The notes: generated from the sequence alone by a model not told the origin. Counted from the first letter of the stretch, positions 1-11,172 are shown. The stretch: DNA of 64,000 bases from Vicinamibacterales bacterium (GCA_965204175.1 OZ241978.1:4121330-4185329); one strand, 5' to 3'. A program made the numbers and translations.

Positions 1-1991
1 CTCCGGAACGGCCGCGCCGCCGCATCGGCGACATCCACGACTGGATCAGAGGAGGCCGGCGCCCACCCGAATTGGTCGCAGCCACCGTATTCGGCGGGCG
101 CGACGAGCACATCCCCCGGCAGCAGCTCGGAGGGCGACGCGTATCCGGTTCGTGGGTCGTCCGGACCCGCCCAACGGAAGACTCGTCGTCGCAGCCCACC
201 GTCCGCCCCGTGCGCCTCCGCCTCACCGCGCTCGGGTGCATCCGAAACCGCGGCCGCTTCCTCGCGATCCAAACGCTGCAACCACGCCCGTGCAGACCAC
301 AGCGGGACGTCGAGCATCTCCGCGGCCCGCGGCGGAACCAGGGTCAGAAGCGTCTTCAGGTCGGCCTCGCCCTCCGGGGTCAAGTCGTCCGCGGTGAAGT
401 CACCGCGCCAGACGACGGAAACGTCCGAAGAGGCGCGCTCGACGCCGTGCAGAAACAGACCCACGTCCGGGTCGGTAACCGGCTGCGGCCACGTCTGCGA
501 CCACAGGTCGAGGTAGGCCGGCATCAGGACCGGCGAGTTCGCGCGAGGCGCCGCGAGTGTCTTCGGGCAACCGTGAAACTGCTTCTCGAACGCGACGATA
601 CCGAAGTCCACGTTGTCGTCTCGCGCGCTCTCCTTCAGTGCTTTCCAGGTCTCGGCCAGGCGGTCTCCGTATACTGGGTCGTCAGAGGTTCTCGCGGTGT
701 CGTCGGCCAGCGCCAGGATCGCGGCCTCGGCCGGTACGCATCGACCATCGCGGTTCAGACGGCCGAACCGTTGCCGAAGCGCGTCAAGCGACGCAGCCTG
801 CGTCACGAGCCCGTCGAGGTCGAGGTCGACACCCACTTCCAGACACTGGGTCGCGACGACGTATAGCGATTCGGCGGCCACTGTCTCGCCGAAGAGCGGC
901 AACTGGCGGCCGGCCGCCGTGGAGTCTGCGGCATGCCCCACGGTGCCGGGGATGCGAGACGCGCCGGTCCGATAGTGTGCGAGCGTGTCGACGATCCGGT
1001 CTCGACCAACGTCGCGCGAGCGGCCGATCAACAGCACGGCCCGGACACCCGCTTCTTCCTGCAGGCGGGAGAAGATGTCGCGCGCCAGTGCGACGCGGTT
1101 GACGACCACGCCAACCGCTGGCCCGGCAACGCCCGCGCCGCGGAGCCGACCTGCAATCTCGCGGGCGGCGGCGGCGAAGTCATCGGCGGCATCGGCGGGC
1201 ACCTTGCGAACGACGGTCAGCTTGGCGGGTTTGGAGGCTTCAATTCGACGCTTCAGAACCGGGTGGCGGCGATCGGCTGCCGTGAGGCCCAACGGTCGCT
1301 GCGGTTCCACGCCGGGCGTGGCCGAAAGAACCACTGTGCGGATGTCGGCGCCTCCCATTGCGCGCAGCGTATCGACCGTTTGCCGGAACGGTTCGGACAG
1401 ATGCGCTTCGTCGAGGAGAATCAGGGTGTCGTTGCCGAGCAAGCCGGCATGCACCGGCGCCATGCGGGCCGAGACGCCGTAGCCGCGAAACAGCAGCCGG
1501 GATCCAACCTGATCGACGGTTGAGCAGAGAATGGTCGGCTGCGTGGGCGTCCGCGCCCAGTCGTGCTCCAGTGGCGCGCCGCCGCGGAGCCGGCGCGCCA
1601 CCAGCGGCGGCTCGCCCTCACCTGCCAGGTGCTGCAGACGGCGCGCGACCTCAGCAAGAACTGAACGTCCATCAGATTCCGCAGCGTCGGGATTGGCAAC
1701 AGCGTTCGCGATGCTGTCGGCACGGGCGAAGGCGTCGTCCACCACCAGGCGCCTGTCGACGACCAGGGCGATCCGCACCGCGGACTTGCGAGGTTTCTCC
1801 CACCGTAGCGCCAGATGGAAGACCGCGGCGTCGAGGGCCGCCGTCTTCCCCGACCCGGTTGGCAGATCCAGCACGTCCGGCCACTCGTCGGTGTCGTCCA
1901 GGCGGGCGACCAGAGCATCCTGCCAGGGGAAGGTGCACTTACCGTGGATCGCTCGGAAGAAGTCGGCGAAGTGGTCGGCGCGCAGTTCCAT
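1..1991 (-). CDS. cas3: Type I-G CRISPR helicase Cas3 (partial; runs off the left edge)
   Basis: Manual minus-strand translation from ATG 1991: MELRADHFADFFRAIHG..FPWQ, LDLPTGSGKT (Walker A), VVDRRLVVD, STVDQVGSRLLFRGYG, LLDEAHLS, SATP, ATQCLEVGVDLD, QRFGRLNR. Absent from the ORF track, consistent with no stop inside the window. Confidence 0.93.
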   Translation of the reverse strand, partial: MELRADHFADFFRAIHGKCTFPWQDALVARLDDTDEWPDVLDLPTGSGKTAALDAAVFHLALRWEKPRKSAVRIALVVDRRLVVDDAFARADSIANAVANPDAAESDGRSVLAEVARRLQHLAGEGEPPLVARRLRGGAPLEHDWARTPTQPTILCSTVDQVGSRLLFRGYGVSARMAPVHAGLLGNDTLILLDEAHLSEPFRQTVDTLRAMGGADIRTVVLSATPGVEPQRPLGLTAADRRHPVLKRRIEASKPAKLTVVRKVPADAADDFAAAAREIAGRLRGAGVAGPAVGVVVNRVALARDIFSRLQEEAGVRAVLLIGRSRDVGRDRIVDTLAHYRTGASRIPGTVGHAADSTAAGRQLPLFGETVAAESLYVVATQCLEVGVDLDLDGLVTQAASLDALRQRFGRLNRDGRCVPAEAAILALADDTARTSDDPVYGDRLAETWKALKESARDDNVDFGIVAFEKQFHGCPKTLAAPRANSPVLMPAYLDLWSQTWPQPVTDPDVGLFLHGVERASSDVSVVWRGDFTADDLTPEGEADLKTLLTLVPPRAAEMLDVPLWSARAWLQRLDREEAAAVSDAPERGEAEAHGADGGLRRRVFRWAGPDDPRTGYASPSELLPGDVLVAPAEYGGCDQFGWAPASSDPVVDVADAAARPFR

Positions 1992-1993
1992 CG

Positions 1994-3514
1994 TCAGCGC
2001 TCCCACCCGCGGCACAGGCCCAGCCCCGTGAACCGCCCGGCGCCCAGTAGCACGGGACCCGGAACCTCACGACCGAAGTCGATCATCGCGTGGACGAGCG
2101 TGCGGGTAGCAAGCGGTTCCGGAACCCTCCAGCGCGTCCACGGCGGTGCGCCGGCTGAGGGCCGGGCCGGCGGCGCACCTTCGACCGCCGAGTGCTTGCC
2201 GACGTGCATCCGTTTCGAGTCCGGGCGCGGCAGGCCGGCGCGTTCGCAGGCGTCTGCGACGATCGCGTGCACCTCGCCGTCGCCCTTGTGCTTGAGATGC
2301 CTGTCGAGCACGATGGGAGTCACACTGGCCCAGATGCGGGCCGGCCGTAGATACGGTCGCGGAGACAGCGAGCGGACTGCGGTGACGCCCGCCGGTGCAA
2401 GCCGAAGTGGTTCGGATAGCGGTGCGCCGGCCAGGTCCAGCACGCGGCGCTCCCGTTCTGGATCGTACGGCGCCACGGCCGCGAAGGCCCTGCGGAACCC
2501 GGGAATGTCCTGAAGCACCATTCCGGCTGGCGGCAAGACGGCAAAGCCGAACACGCGGCCATCGGCATGCCGAAAGCCTGCGAATGACAGCGGGACGATC
2601 GCCAGGTGCGGGTTGGGCGACGGCGCACCGTTCGCGGTGTGCCCCGACACGACCTCGGGAATCTCTCTCTGCAACCCGGCACGCCGATAGCCCGCCATCA
2701 GCGTCCGGCGCAAGGTGCGGCAGACGAGGGCCGAGGCGCGGATGTCCGGTACGTCGCCTTCGATGGCTTCGAGCACCAGCCAGCCCGGCGGTGGTTCGCG
2801 TTCGGCCTGCGATGTTGCCTCGCGTACCGAGGCGCCGGGCAAAATGTCTGGTCGCACCGGGTTCGCACGATGCGCAGCTTCCAATTGCTCCAAGCGGCCC
2901 GGATAGATCCTCCGGTGCGCAGTCGCGGCGGGATGCCGCGGGGGTTCGGCGCCGCCTCGGAGGAAACGGCAGCGCACGAGGCTGGCCGAATGCCCGAGGT
3001 AGCCGACGTCGCGGGCGAGCGCATCCAGAATCTGGAAGATGGGGAGTTCCGGCTCTTCCGGCCAGACCAGCGCCATCAGCGGATCGTCGGGCCGGGCCGC
3101 CTGAAACCGCCGTGGCTTTCCTGGACGGTACTCCGGAAGGGTCGAGAGCGCGTCGCGCCACGGTTTCTCATGCCCGCCTTTCTTCGGGGGGCGCCGCCCG
3201 TGGTACAGAAAGTCGCGGTACCACCGCTGCCGCTCCAACGCAGTGGTGGGAGTCTGGAAGTCGTTCGGACGGACGTAACACTCTGGCGCGCTGCGTTCGG
3301 TGTACCCACTGGCATGGACGGCCGGCACCGCGGCTTCCTCGAGCCAGCGAAGCGCCTGCCGCTCCTCTGGGCGCTCGCCGCGAAAGGCCCAGGCAGCAAC
3401 CAGCGCGGAGAACACCCGGTCCGGTTGCGGCGGCCAGTCCGGCTCTTCACGCCCCGGGTCGCGCGCCGCACGGCATACGCCGGTCAAGAACTCGATTTCC
3501 AGGACGAGGCTCAT
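1994..3514 (-). CDS. csb2: Type I-G Csb2 (Cas5/Cas6-like RAMP)
   Basis: PDWPPQPDRVFSALVAA N-terminus, YLGHSASLV, WASVTP, and C-terminal G-rich loop GPVLLGAGRFTGLGLC; lies between csb1 and cas3. Confidence 0.92.
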   Translation of the reverse strand: MSLVLEIEFLTGVCRAARDPGREEPDWPPQPDRVFSALVAAWAFRGERPEERQALRWLEEAAVPAVHASGYTERSAPECYVRPNDFQTPTTALERQRWYRDFLYHGRRPPKKGGHEKPWRDALSTLPEYRPGKPRRFQAARPDDPLMALVWPEEPELPIFQILDALARDVGYLGHSASLVRCRFLRGGAEPPRHPAATAHRRIYPGRLEQLEAAHRANPVRPDILPGASVREATSQAEREPPPGWLVLEAIEGDVPDIRASALVCRTLRRTLMAGYRRAGLQREIPEVVSGHTANGAPSPNPHLAIVPLSFAGFRHADGRVFGFAVLPPAGMVLQDIPGFRRAFAAVAPYDPERERRVLDLAGAPLSEPLRLAPAGVTAVRSLSPRPYLRPARIWASVTPIVLDRHLKHKGDGEVHAIVADACERAGLPRPDSKRMHVGKHSAVEGAPPARPSAGAPPWTRWRVPEPLATRTLVHAMIDFGREVPGPVLLGAGRFTGLGLCRGWER

Positions 3515-4785
3515 CAGTCGCCGTCGTCCCCTTCCCCGCCAGCGCCCTCCAACGCCAAGTCGCGGCTGCGTCGGACAATGTCGATCAGCTTGTCCTGCGG
3601 CTTCAATGTCAGCGACTGGAACTGGAACCCCGCCGACTCGGCCTGCGCGTAGGCCTCCTCGTAGAGAGAGCGCGCCTGCCCGCGATCATGTTCGACCGTC
3701 TCGGTGGAACCGTCCGCGCGCACCAACTCTAGCGGCGCGCTCCCCTCGCACACCAGGTCGCAGCGCGACCGCAGAGCGTAGCCGTTTGCATCCTGTTCGG
3801 CCAGCGCCAGGAGGCCGAGCGCGGCAAGGAGCGCGCGTCCGGAGGCGCTACGGTCGCCGTTGCCGAAGCGCAGCCGTCGCAGTCCGGCCAACGTGACGAC
3901 AGCGCGATGCTCGATGTAGTCGCAGGTCACGCCGAGCGGCTCGACGGTGGGCGTCACGTTCCCGTGGTTGATCACCGACGGCTTGCCTGCCTTGTCTCCC
4001 TTCTTGCGAGAGAACAGGATCGGACCCTTATTGGCCCGGGCGGCTTCAGTCTCGCGCGGCGTCCAGTCCTGGTCGTTGTCGGCAGAGTGATAGATCTTGA
4101 CGTTCTTCTGAACGCCCAGCGGATCGATGCGGCTGCCCGTCCGCCGACCCGAGGTAGACGGGTCCGCGTCGCCAGTCCCCCGGTGGTCGACCGGCGTGTC
4201 GATCGCCATGATCTCGGAGACCAGCGCCCTCGGAAACTTGGCGCCCAACCCGCCGCCCTCACCCTGGCTATGCCAAGCGCCGAAGAGCAACGCCGTCGGC
4301 GACAATTCCAGCAGCGCTGTCGCATCCGCGGGCTTCGCTGCCGCGAGGCGCCGTCCCTGATCGGTCTGCATGAGAGGTTCGCCATCCAGCAGACTGTCTC
4401 GCAGGATGGCGTCGTAGACACGGTGCGGGGCCTCTAGCGATGTGATGCGCTCCAGCGGCTGAAGGCCGGCGCCGCTGAAGTCGACCGTCACGTACGGCAG
4501 ACGCAGTCCGTCACCGCCCGTAGCGGAGAGTAGGGCTTCCTCGAGACGGTTGGCTTGACTCTGCACGCTGTCGACGAGCACGCACCACGCTTCCCGACCG
4601 TCGACCCGTCGCCGTTCGAACACGTGCCGTGGCGGATCGTTCTGCCTCGCGGCGGGATAGGTCGGTGGAAAGATCTTGTCGCCCACGCCGCCGACGGGTT
4701 GGAGACGCCTCACCCGGCGAAAGGCAGCGTGGCGGGCAAGTGCATCGGTCAGCCTGGAGAGGGTCAGATCCGGAGCTGTGGTCAT
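3514..4785 (-). CDS. csb1: Type I-G Cas7 backbone Csb1
   Basis: LQPVGG..KIFPPTY, VLVDSVQSQANRLE, SLEAPHRVYDA, PTALLFGAWHS, LRSRCDL motifs. Confidence 0.93.
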   Translation of the reverse strand: MTTAPDLTLSRLTDALARHAAFRRVRRLQPVGGVGDKIFPPTYPAARQNDPPRHVFERRRVDGREAWCVLVDSVQSQANRLEEALLSATGGDGLRLPYVTVDFSGAGLQPLERITSLEAPHRVYDAILRDSLLDGEPLMQTDQGRRLAAAKPADATALLELSPTALLFGAWHSQGEGGGLGAKFPRALVSEIMAIDTPVDHRGTGDADPSTSGRRTGSRIDPLGVQKNVKIYHSADNDQDWTPRETEAARANKGPILFSRKKGDKAGKPSVINHGNVTPTVEPLGVTCDYIEHRAVVTLAGLRRLRFGNGDRSASGRALLAALGLLALAEQDANGYALRSRCDLVCEGSAPLELVRADGSTETVEHDRGQARSLYEEAYAQAESAGFQFQSLTLKPQDKLIDIVRRSRDLALEGAGGEGDDGD

Positions 4786-4955
4786 CTTCGGTCGTCCATC
4801 AGAAGAGTCGTGTCAGTTGGTCGTGATTGGCGAACTCGTCGCGCTGGGTGCCGCAGCAGGCCGCTGCAGGGGCGGTCTCGCGGTACTGTCCTCGTGCGAC
4901 GATTCTCCGGGGAGAACCGATTCCAATCTCCGTGCGGACAGGTTTACGAAGCCCA

Positions 4956-4987
4956 CTGTCAGATCCTGTCAGTACGGAGCGTCAGAT
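4956..4987. promoter_or_regulatory. Phased (CT)GTCAG direct repeats in the divergent csb1 / cas4-cas1 intergenic region; possible operator
   Basis: CTGTCAG at 4956 and 4966 (10-bp spacing), GTCAGAT at 4981. Confidence 0.35.
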
Positions 4988-5423
4988 TCCTATGCCAACT
5001 TCCGGCGTGTGTAGCCGACGGACCTGGCGCCGACGGTGACATCCTTGAACGGTCTGTGATCTCTTCGGTCGTCCCCCTGGGCGGCTACAGTGGTGAACCG
5101 CCGCGAGCGTGTGTCCTCGAAGCGCCTCGACCGCGCGGGGGGCACACGATTCGGATCCAGGCATTCAACAGTTTGAGTTCACTGCCCTGGATCGTCTTCG
5201 ACCTCCGCGTGGATCGTCTCGGATCGCGTTGTTCTGTTCGATGCCGCCCCGTGCTCGATCCACGTCCCGTGGCTGATGTCCGATCCGTAAGTTCGGTCCA
5301 AGCTGGTTGTGCCGGTAGCGTCGTGATGAGTCGGAACGATCCCCCGGCCGGAAGGTTTCGCCCTACCGCTGAGCGGCGGATCGTCCGAAACAACTCCTTG
5401 CCGCCAAACGGGAGGTAGCCGCC

Positions 5424-7133
5424 GTGCCAGCTCCGGACCTTCGCGAGCCGCCGGTTCAGCCCGTCTCCTCCGATGCGCCGCCGCTCGTGCCGGCGCGCAT
5501 GCTCAACGAGTACGTCTACTGCCCGCGGCTGGCCTACCTGGAGTGGGTCCAGGGCGAGTGGGTCGACTCCTCCGACACGGTCGAGGGTCGCCACGCGCAC
5601 CGTCGTGTCAACCGTGACGGCGGGAAGCTGCCGCCACCTGCGGAGGTGAACAAGGCGGAGAAGCTGCACGCGCGCTCGATCACCTTGTCCTCGGAGCGCC
5701 TGGGCCTGATCGCCCGGATGGACCTGATCGAGTCGGACGGCGGCAAGGTGACGCCGGTCGACTACAAGCGCGGCAAGCGCCCGCACGTCGAGCGCGGGGC
5801 CTACGATCCCGAGCGGGTGCAGCTCTGCGTGCAGGGGTTGCTCCTGCGCGAGCACGGGTACGAGTGCGACGAGGGGGTGCTCTACTTCGTCGGGAGCCGA
5901 GAACGGGTTCGCGTGGAATTCGACGACGAGCTCGTCACCGCGACCCGGCAAGCCGTGGAGGGGTTGCGAAGCGTTGCCGCCCAGGGCGTGATCCCGCCGC
6001 CTCTCGAAGACAGTCCCAAGTGCCCGCGTTGCTCGCTGGTCGAGGTCTGTCTGCCGGACGAGGTCCACCACCTCAAGAGAGCCGACGTATCGCCGCGGCC
6101 CATCGCCGTCCCCTGCACCGATGCGCTGCCGCTCTACGTCCAGGCCCGCCGGGCCAAGGTCTCCAAGTCAGGCGAGACCCTTGTCGTGACGGTGGAAGAC
6201 GCGGAATTGGCGACGGCGCGGCTCGAGGAGACATCGCAGGTCGTGGTCATGGGCAACGTCTACCTGACAACGCCCTGCCTGCACGAGCTGATGTGGCGCG
6301 GGATTCCCGTCACCTGGCACAGCTACGGCGGCTGGTTTTTCGGCCACACCATGGGCAACGGTCACAAGAACGTCGAGTTGCGGACGGCCCAGTATCGGGC
6401 GAGCTTCGATGAGCGGACGTGCCTGCGATTCGCTCGCGGATTGGTGAGCGCCAAGATCCAGAACTGCCGCACGTTGCTGCGGCGCAACTGGAAACGCGAG
6501 GAGAGCAGCAATCCCGTCCTCGTCGACCTGAAGTACGACAGCCGCCGGGCCCTTCGCGCGGAGGCGCTGCCGGAGCTGCTCGGTGTCGAGGGGACCGCCG
6601 GGGCACGTTACTTCCGCTCCTTCGCCGCGATGTTGAACGAGTCGGAATCGGACGCGGAGTTCTCGTTCGACTTCGCGACGCGCAACCGGCGTCCCCCGAA
6701 GGACCCGGTCAACGCGCTCCTGTCTTTCGCGTATACGCTGCTGGTGCGGTCCTGGACGGTCACGCTGGTCGCCGTGGGGTTCGATGCCTACCGGGGCCTC
6801 TACCATCAACCGCGCTACGGCCGCCCGGCGCTGGCGCTCGACCTGATGGAGCCGTTCCGCCCTCTGGTCGCCGATTCGGTGGTGGTCCAGGCGATCAACA
6901 ACGGTGAGGTCCGGCCGAACGATTTCAAGACGGCGGCTGGAAGCGTCAACCTGACCGAGGCCGGCAGGCGGCGGTTCATTTCCACCTTCGAGCGACGCCT
7001 GGGCCACGAGGTTGTGCACCCGCTCTTCGGCTACCGGGTCAGCTACCGCCGCCTGATGGAGATGCAAGCCCGCCTGTTCGGCCGCTTCCTTCTCGGCGAG
7101 CTTACTGAGTATCCCAATTTCACGACGCGGTGA
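5424..7133 (+). CDS. cas1: Cas4/Cas1 fusion
   Basis: Cas4 Fe-S cysteines (YCPR, PKCPRCSLVEVC) and PVDYKRG, then Cas1 motifs GVEG, RNRRPPKDPVNALLS, YHQ, LALDLMEPFRP; GGAGG RBS before GTG. Confidence 0.95.
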   Translation: MPAPDLREPPVQPVSSDAPPLVPARMLNEYVYCPRLAYLEWVQGEWVDSSDTVEGRHAHRRVNRDGGKLPPPAEVNKAEKLHARSITLSSERLGLIARMDLIESDGGKVTPVDYKRGKRPHVERGAYDPERVQLCVQGLLLREHGYECDEGVLYFVGSRERVRVEFDDELVTATRQAVEGLRSVAAQGVIPPPLEDSPKCPRCSLVEVCLPDEVHHLKRADVSPRPIAVPCTDALPLYVQARRAKVSKSGETLVVTVEDAELATARLEETSQVVVMGNVYLTTPCLHELMWRGIPVTWHSYGGWFFGHTMGNGHKNVELRTAQYRASFDERTCLRFARGLVSAKIQNCRTLLRRNWKREESSNPVLVDLKYDSRRALRAEALPELLGVEGTAGARYFRSFAAMLNESESDAEFSFDFATRNRRPPKDPVNALLSFAYTLLVRSWTVTLVAVGFDAYRGLYHQPRYGRPALALDLMEPFRPLVADSVVVQAINNGEVRPNDFKTAAGSVNLTEAGRRRFISTFERRLGHEVVHPLFGYRVSYRRLMEMQARLFGRFLLGELTEYPNFTTR

Positions 7134-7137
7134 TCCG

Positions 7138-7425
7138 ATGGAGCACTTGTACATCGTGGTCTACGACATCAGTGACCCCAAGCGGTGGCGCCGCGTCTTC
7201 AAGCTGATGCACGGATACGGCGAGTGGGTGCAGCTGTCCGTCTTCCAATGCCGCCTGAGTCGCCGCCGTCACGCCGATCTGGTTGCCCGCCTCGACGGAG
7301 CGATCGATCATGCAGAGGATCACGTCGTGCTGGTCGACATCGGCGTAGCGGACGGCGTCGAACCGCGCGTCGTGAGCCTGGGAAAGAAGTTCCAGGCCGT
7401 GCGCCGGGAGCCGGTCATCGTATGA
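7138..7425 (+). CDS. cas2: Cas2
   Basis: [29 protein letters not shown]; 95 aa, directly after cas1. Confidence 0.95.
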   Translation: MEHLYIVVYDISDPKRWRRVFKLMHGYGEWVQLSVFQCRLSRRRHADLVARLDGAIDHAEDHVVLVDIGVADGVEPRVVSLGKKFQAVRREPVIV

Positions 7426-7526
7426 GGTTCCCCGCCACACGCGAGCGAGCGCTCAGTGCCGCCATCGTCCTGTGCGCCACGCAGGTGCAGATGTCGACAC
7501 CAACTCGCCTTCGTGATTTCAAACGG

Positions 7527-7607
7527 CGCGTAACGGGTGTATACGGCCATGCCGGGCCCGATGGCGGCCTGGGCGAGGTCGACGGGGGCGATGTTGCCGG
7601 TCTGGAG
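7527..7607 (-). repeat. Inverted repeat arm L (pairs with 15982-16062)
   Basis: 77/81 identity by manual alignment; the terminal 30 bp CCCGGCATGGCCGTATACACCCGTTACGCG are identical. Confidence 0.85.
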
Positions 7608-9932
7608 CAGGCGTAATGCCTGCGGGAGTTCAGACCGGAGCGCGGTGAGGCACTCGCGGCGGGTGATCCTCCGGGCGTCGGAGGCGCGTCGGCGGCATAC
7701 GAGGACGATGCTGGAGGCGAGGATGTTGGCATTGATGCCAATGATCTTATTTGCCAGCTCCGTTCTGACCGGCCATGTTCCCGTTACCGCGAAGCCGGAT
7801 TGGATCACGGCCTCGAGGAACGTCTCCCATCCGGTCCGTCTCGCACCCGATGCGCTTCTACTCTCCGACTGCTTGAAGGCGTAGTAGACCGTGATCGGGA
7901 ACCCGGGATGTGCCCGTTCCGCAAGTCGGTGCAGCGCTTGGGTCATACCGTCGAGGAAAAAGGCCTCCGCGGCATCCTTACCGCCATGTCGGTAGGGTGC
8001 GGCAACCAACTCCTCGGCCTTCGGAACGGCCAGAGTCGTGAACAGATCCGGGAACGCGGGTCTCAGCGAGCGACGGAGCCAAACGTAGAAGAAGTCGGAT
8101 AGGTCCGCGTAACCGATGTTGTCGTAGTACGGCGGATCCGTGGAGACGACCCGGTCGGAACTCAGCACTTGAATGCCTGCATCAGCTTGGGTGGCAGTGC
8201 CCACCGACGAGCCGTACCCGGCCGCGACGCCCTCAATGCTCTCGGCTGTCCAATCGGCAGCACCCAAGAAACTGCCCGTTCCAGTGAGAAGCGTGTTCAA
8301 CTCAGCGTAGTCCCATGTCATCGGAATGCTCTGCCGAGCAAACGTGTTTCGGGTTGAATCCCGCTCCGTGAACCACGTACAGATTGTCGAACCTCGGTCC
8401 GCGAGTTTCGACAACGCGAACGCCAAATACACCGCTACCGCGTCCGCGCAGGCCGTCGCGCCCGTGCCGCCGGCGCGCAGCGGTCGGTCGTCGTCGGGAA
8501 ATCCCGCCGCGAAAGCGTCCCGCCGGACTCGCTCGGTCGCTTCGCCCACTAGGTCCGAGAAGGTCGTCAGCGCGAGAAGCTGGCGCGAGGTGAACAAGTC
8601 GGCGAACGTGGGAAGACCGTAGTTCGGTGTCTTGAAGTCCCGCGGGTTGTTGGGCAGCGGCATGTCCGGTTGCCATGTCGCTACGAGATCCCGTGCGCTG
8701 GCCTCATGCAGCGGTGTCGGCGCCAGATAGATCCGGCCGCGGTCACCTTGCGCCACGATTGCCATCAGGCGCGCGCCCAGGCCTCCTTGCTGGCCATACG
8801 AGCGAATGTGATCGTAGGTCACGGGCACACCCGACATGAGACATCGGAACGCGCTTCGCTTGCCTGCCGTCGTGCCGAGTTTCACGGCCGCTGCGTCTGG
8901 CGGTGTACCAACCTTGACCGTGAAGCGGTAACTCCGCCCCTCGATCACCGGCTCGACGTACGCCTCCTTACCCTTCTTCGTCGACAACATGAACGTCGAC
9001 GCGAGCGGCACGTCCACATCCGCGAACGCCGGGTTCGGGCTCTTCACCGTCCGTGCCCAAAGCCACGCGATGACCGTCAGCTTGCGGCCCTCGTACGGCT
9101 TCAGATCGGGCCGGTCCCACACCATCTCCCGCGTGATCTCGACCGGCGGGTACAGATGGCCTATCCGTTTCTCCGCCTCGTCGCGCATCCACCGGCCGTA
9201 GTACCGCACGTCGTCGGCCAGCCCCCGCGCGCCTTTCCATCTCCGGGCCACGACCGTCGGCTCGTTCCGCGTCTCCGGGTTCACCGGCGGCCGGCCGGCG
9301 AATCTCGGGGGGATCTCGATCATGGCCTTGCTGATGAGCACGGCCACCGGATTCAGATCGCTGGCGTGCGCTTCGAGTCCCAGTCGCTGCGCTTCGAGCG
9401 GCAGGGAGCCGCCGCCGGCGAACGGGTCGTGGAACGCGGGGAGCGTGTGCCGGTCGAACAACTCCGCCGCGCGCGGATGATCGGCGTGCTCGGCGCAGGC
9501 CCGCCGCCAGCTCTGCCAGATCTCCGTGCGCGCTTGTTCGAGCACTGCTTCGTCGGTCGTGCTCTCCCAGAGAACCAGCTTCTCCAGAATCCTGAACAGA
9601 CGCTCACGTTCGAGCTCTGCCGCCGTGTCGGCGAGCGCTTGCCGGTCGCCGATCTCGCCTCGACGCTTCTTCAGCGCCCGCTGCGCCGCGCGTTTCTTGG
9701 CCGGGTCCGACAGCAGCACGTCGACGTACGCCGACGGATCGTCGACCATTTGGGCGAAGATCACCGCCCTCGCGGCGGCCAGCGGCCGACGCGCCCACCA
9801 CAGGTGCAAAGTCGACGGATGGCCGTGGCGGATCGACTTCTCCCGCGCCGCCGCCTTGTTGATGGCGTCGAGCGGCAGAGCCACCTCGATCAACTTCCGG
9901 CGAGTCCGGTCACGGGAGACTCCGACGATCAC
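7527..9932 (-). pseudogene. DUF1156 adenine-specific DNA methyltransferase, 3'-truncated second copy (possible alternative allele)
   Basis: [35 protein letters not shown]. Similarity to 13693-16662 stops abruptly after MAVYTRYA (7527), so ~200 C-terminal aa are missing. GTG 9932 overlaps the antitoxin stop. Confidence 0.85.
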
Positions 9933-10192
9933 GACCGCAGGTCTCTCAGCACGTCCAGCGCCGTTCCGGCGGCCGGCGACTCGAACTTCAGTTGCCGCAA
10001 CCGGGCCACGACTATACGCCGCTGATCGTCGGCGTCCCGGTCGACGAAGCGTTCCCGGTAGTCCTTCAGACTCACCAGGGCCGCGGCGGGGGTTCGCCGA
10101 CGGCACACCAGAATCGGCTCGCCGCCGCGTTCGAGCTGGTCGAGCACCTTGCCGAGGGATTGACGAAGCTCCAGGGCGTTCACGGTTTCCAT
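9929..10192 (-). CDS. Phd/YefM-family antitoxin (no adjacent toxin)
   Basis: [41 protein letters not shown]; 87 aa. Confidence 0.8.
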   Translation of the reverse strand: METVNALELRQSLGKVLDQLERGGEPILVCRRRTPAAALVSLKDYRERFVDRDADDQRRIVVARLRQLKFESPAAGTALDVLRDLRS

Positions 10193-10202
10193 GTCTTTCG
10201 GC

Positions 10203-10231
10203 AGCATCGCGCCTGCACAGTTGAGTGTCAA
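10203..10231 (-). promoter_or_regulatory. Sigma70-like promoter for the antitoxin and truncated DUF1156
   Basis: TTGACA-17 bp-GATGCT on the minus strand, 10 nt before ATG 10192. Confidence 0.6.
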
Positions 10232-11172
10232 GCTAACGGCGTCCCCGCTTCCGGCCGCGCTGCGGGCCGGCTCGAAGACGAGTCGACAGCGATGCACGTG
10301 GTCCGCTCCGCCAGGACGGACGCCAGCGCGACCCCGACGCGTTCGGCCGCCGCTTCGGTCTCCCGGTCGCTGACGTGCGCGTAGCGCAGAGTCATCCGTG
10401 TCCCGGCATGGCCGAGCAGGCGCGAGACCACCGGCAGCGGCACGCTCTGCAGCACGGCGTAGCTCGCGAACGTGTGGCGCAGATCGTGCAGGCGCACGTC
10501 CTCGATCCCGGCCTGCCGGCGCACCTTGCGCCATAGCGAGAGTTCCGACGAGCGGGCCTTCGATGCATCGGTCAGCGAAGGAAAGACGTACGGGCTCTCT
10601 GTCCGGGGCTGGCGCGCGAGGATGTTCCGGGCTGGCGCGTTCAGGAATATGGGGCGCGGTCCCGTCTTCGTGTCCATCAGGTGAAGCGTGTCTTCACCCG
10701 CCTCGGACCAGCGCAGGTTCAGGAGTTCGCTCTTCCGGCACCCGGTCAACAGCAGCAGGCGAACGACGTCCGCCTGTTGCCGTCCCGAACCGCGCCCCCG
10801 GTGGGCATCCAGCGCCGCGTGCAGGCGCTCGATTTCCGCCTGCGACAGGAAGCGGGTGGGTTTCGGACGTGGGTTGCGCCTCACGCCGCGGGTGGGATTG
10901 GCCGAGACGTGGCCGCAGACGATGGCGTGGTTGAAAATCTGGCGCAACACGTCCAGGGTCCGGTTCGCGCCGCCAGGCGCGGACCGGCTGTAGTCGTCGA
11001 ACCACCGGTGCACGGCTGCCCGGTCGATGCGGTCGAGCGGCAGCGGCCCGAAGACGGGCAGCAGTTGCGTTCGCAGGGCGCCGGCCGTGCGCCGCCGCGT
11101 CGAGGGCTTGCAACGCTCGTGACAGGCCGTCTTCCAGGTCCCCGCCGCGAACTCCTCGAAGGTCGGGATCAC
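10228..11172 (-). CDS. Tyrosine recombinase/integrase (no obvious arm-binding domain)
   Basis: [27 protein letters not shown]: full R-K-H-R-H-Y set; GTG start overlaps the upstream stop (GTGA). Confidence 0.88.
   Translation of the reverse strand: MIPTFEEFAAGTWKTACHERCKPSTRRRTAGALRTQLLPVFGPLPLDRIDRAAVHRWFDDYSRSAPGGANRTLDVLRQIFNHAIVCGHVSANPTRGVRRNPRPKPTRFLSQAEIERLHAALDAHRGRGSGRQQADVVRLLLLTGCRKSELLNLRWSEAGEDTLHLMDTKTGPRPIFLNAPARNILARQPRTESPYVFPSLTDASKARSSELSLWRKVRRQAGIEDVRLHDLRHTFASYAVLQSVPLPVVSRLLGHAGTRMTLRYAHVSDRETEAAAERVGVALASVLAERTTCIAVDSSSSRPAARPEAGTPLA

Noticed and set aside
4786-5423. CRISPR array between csb1 and cas4/1
   Set aside because: No periodic 28-37 bp repeats seen by eye
7320-10106. 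928-aa ORF as an intact gene
   Set aside because: The N-terminal extension overlaps the antitoxin and the C-terminal tail is non-homologous read-through antisense to cas2; only 7527-9932 is DUF1156
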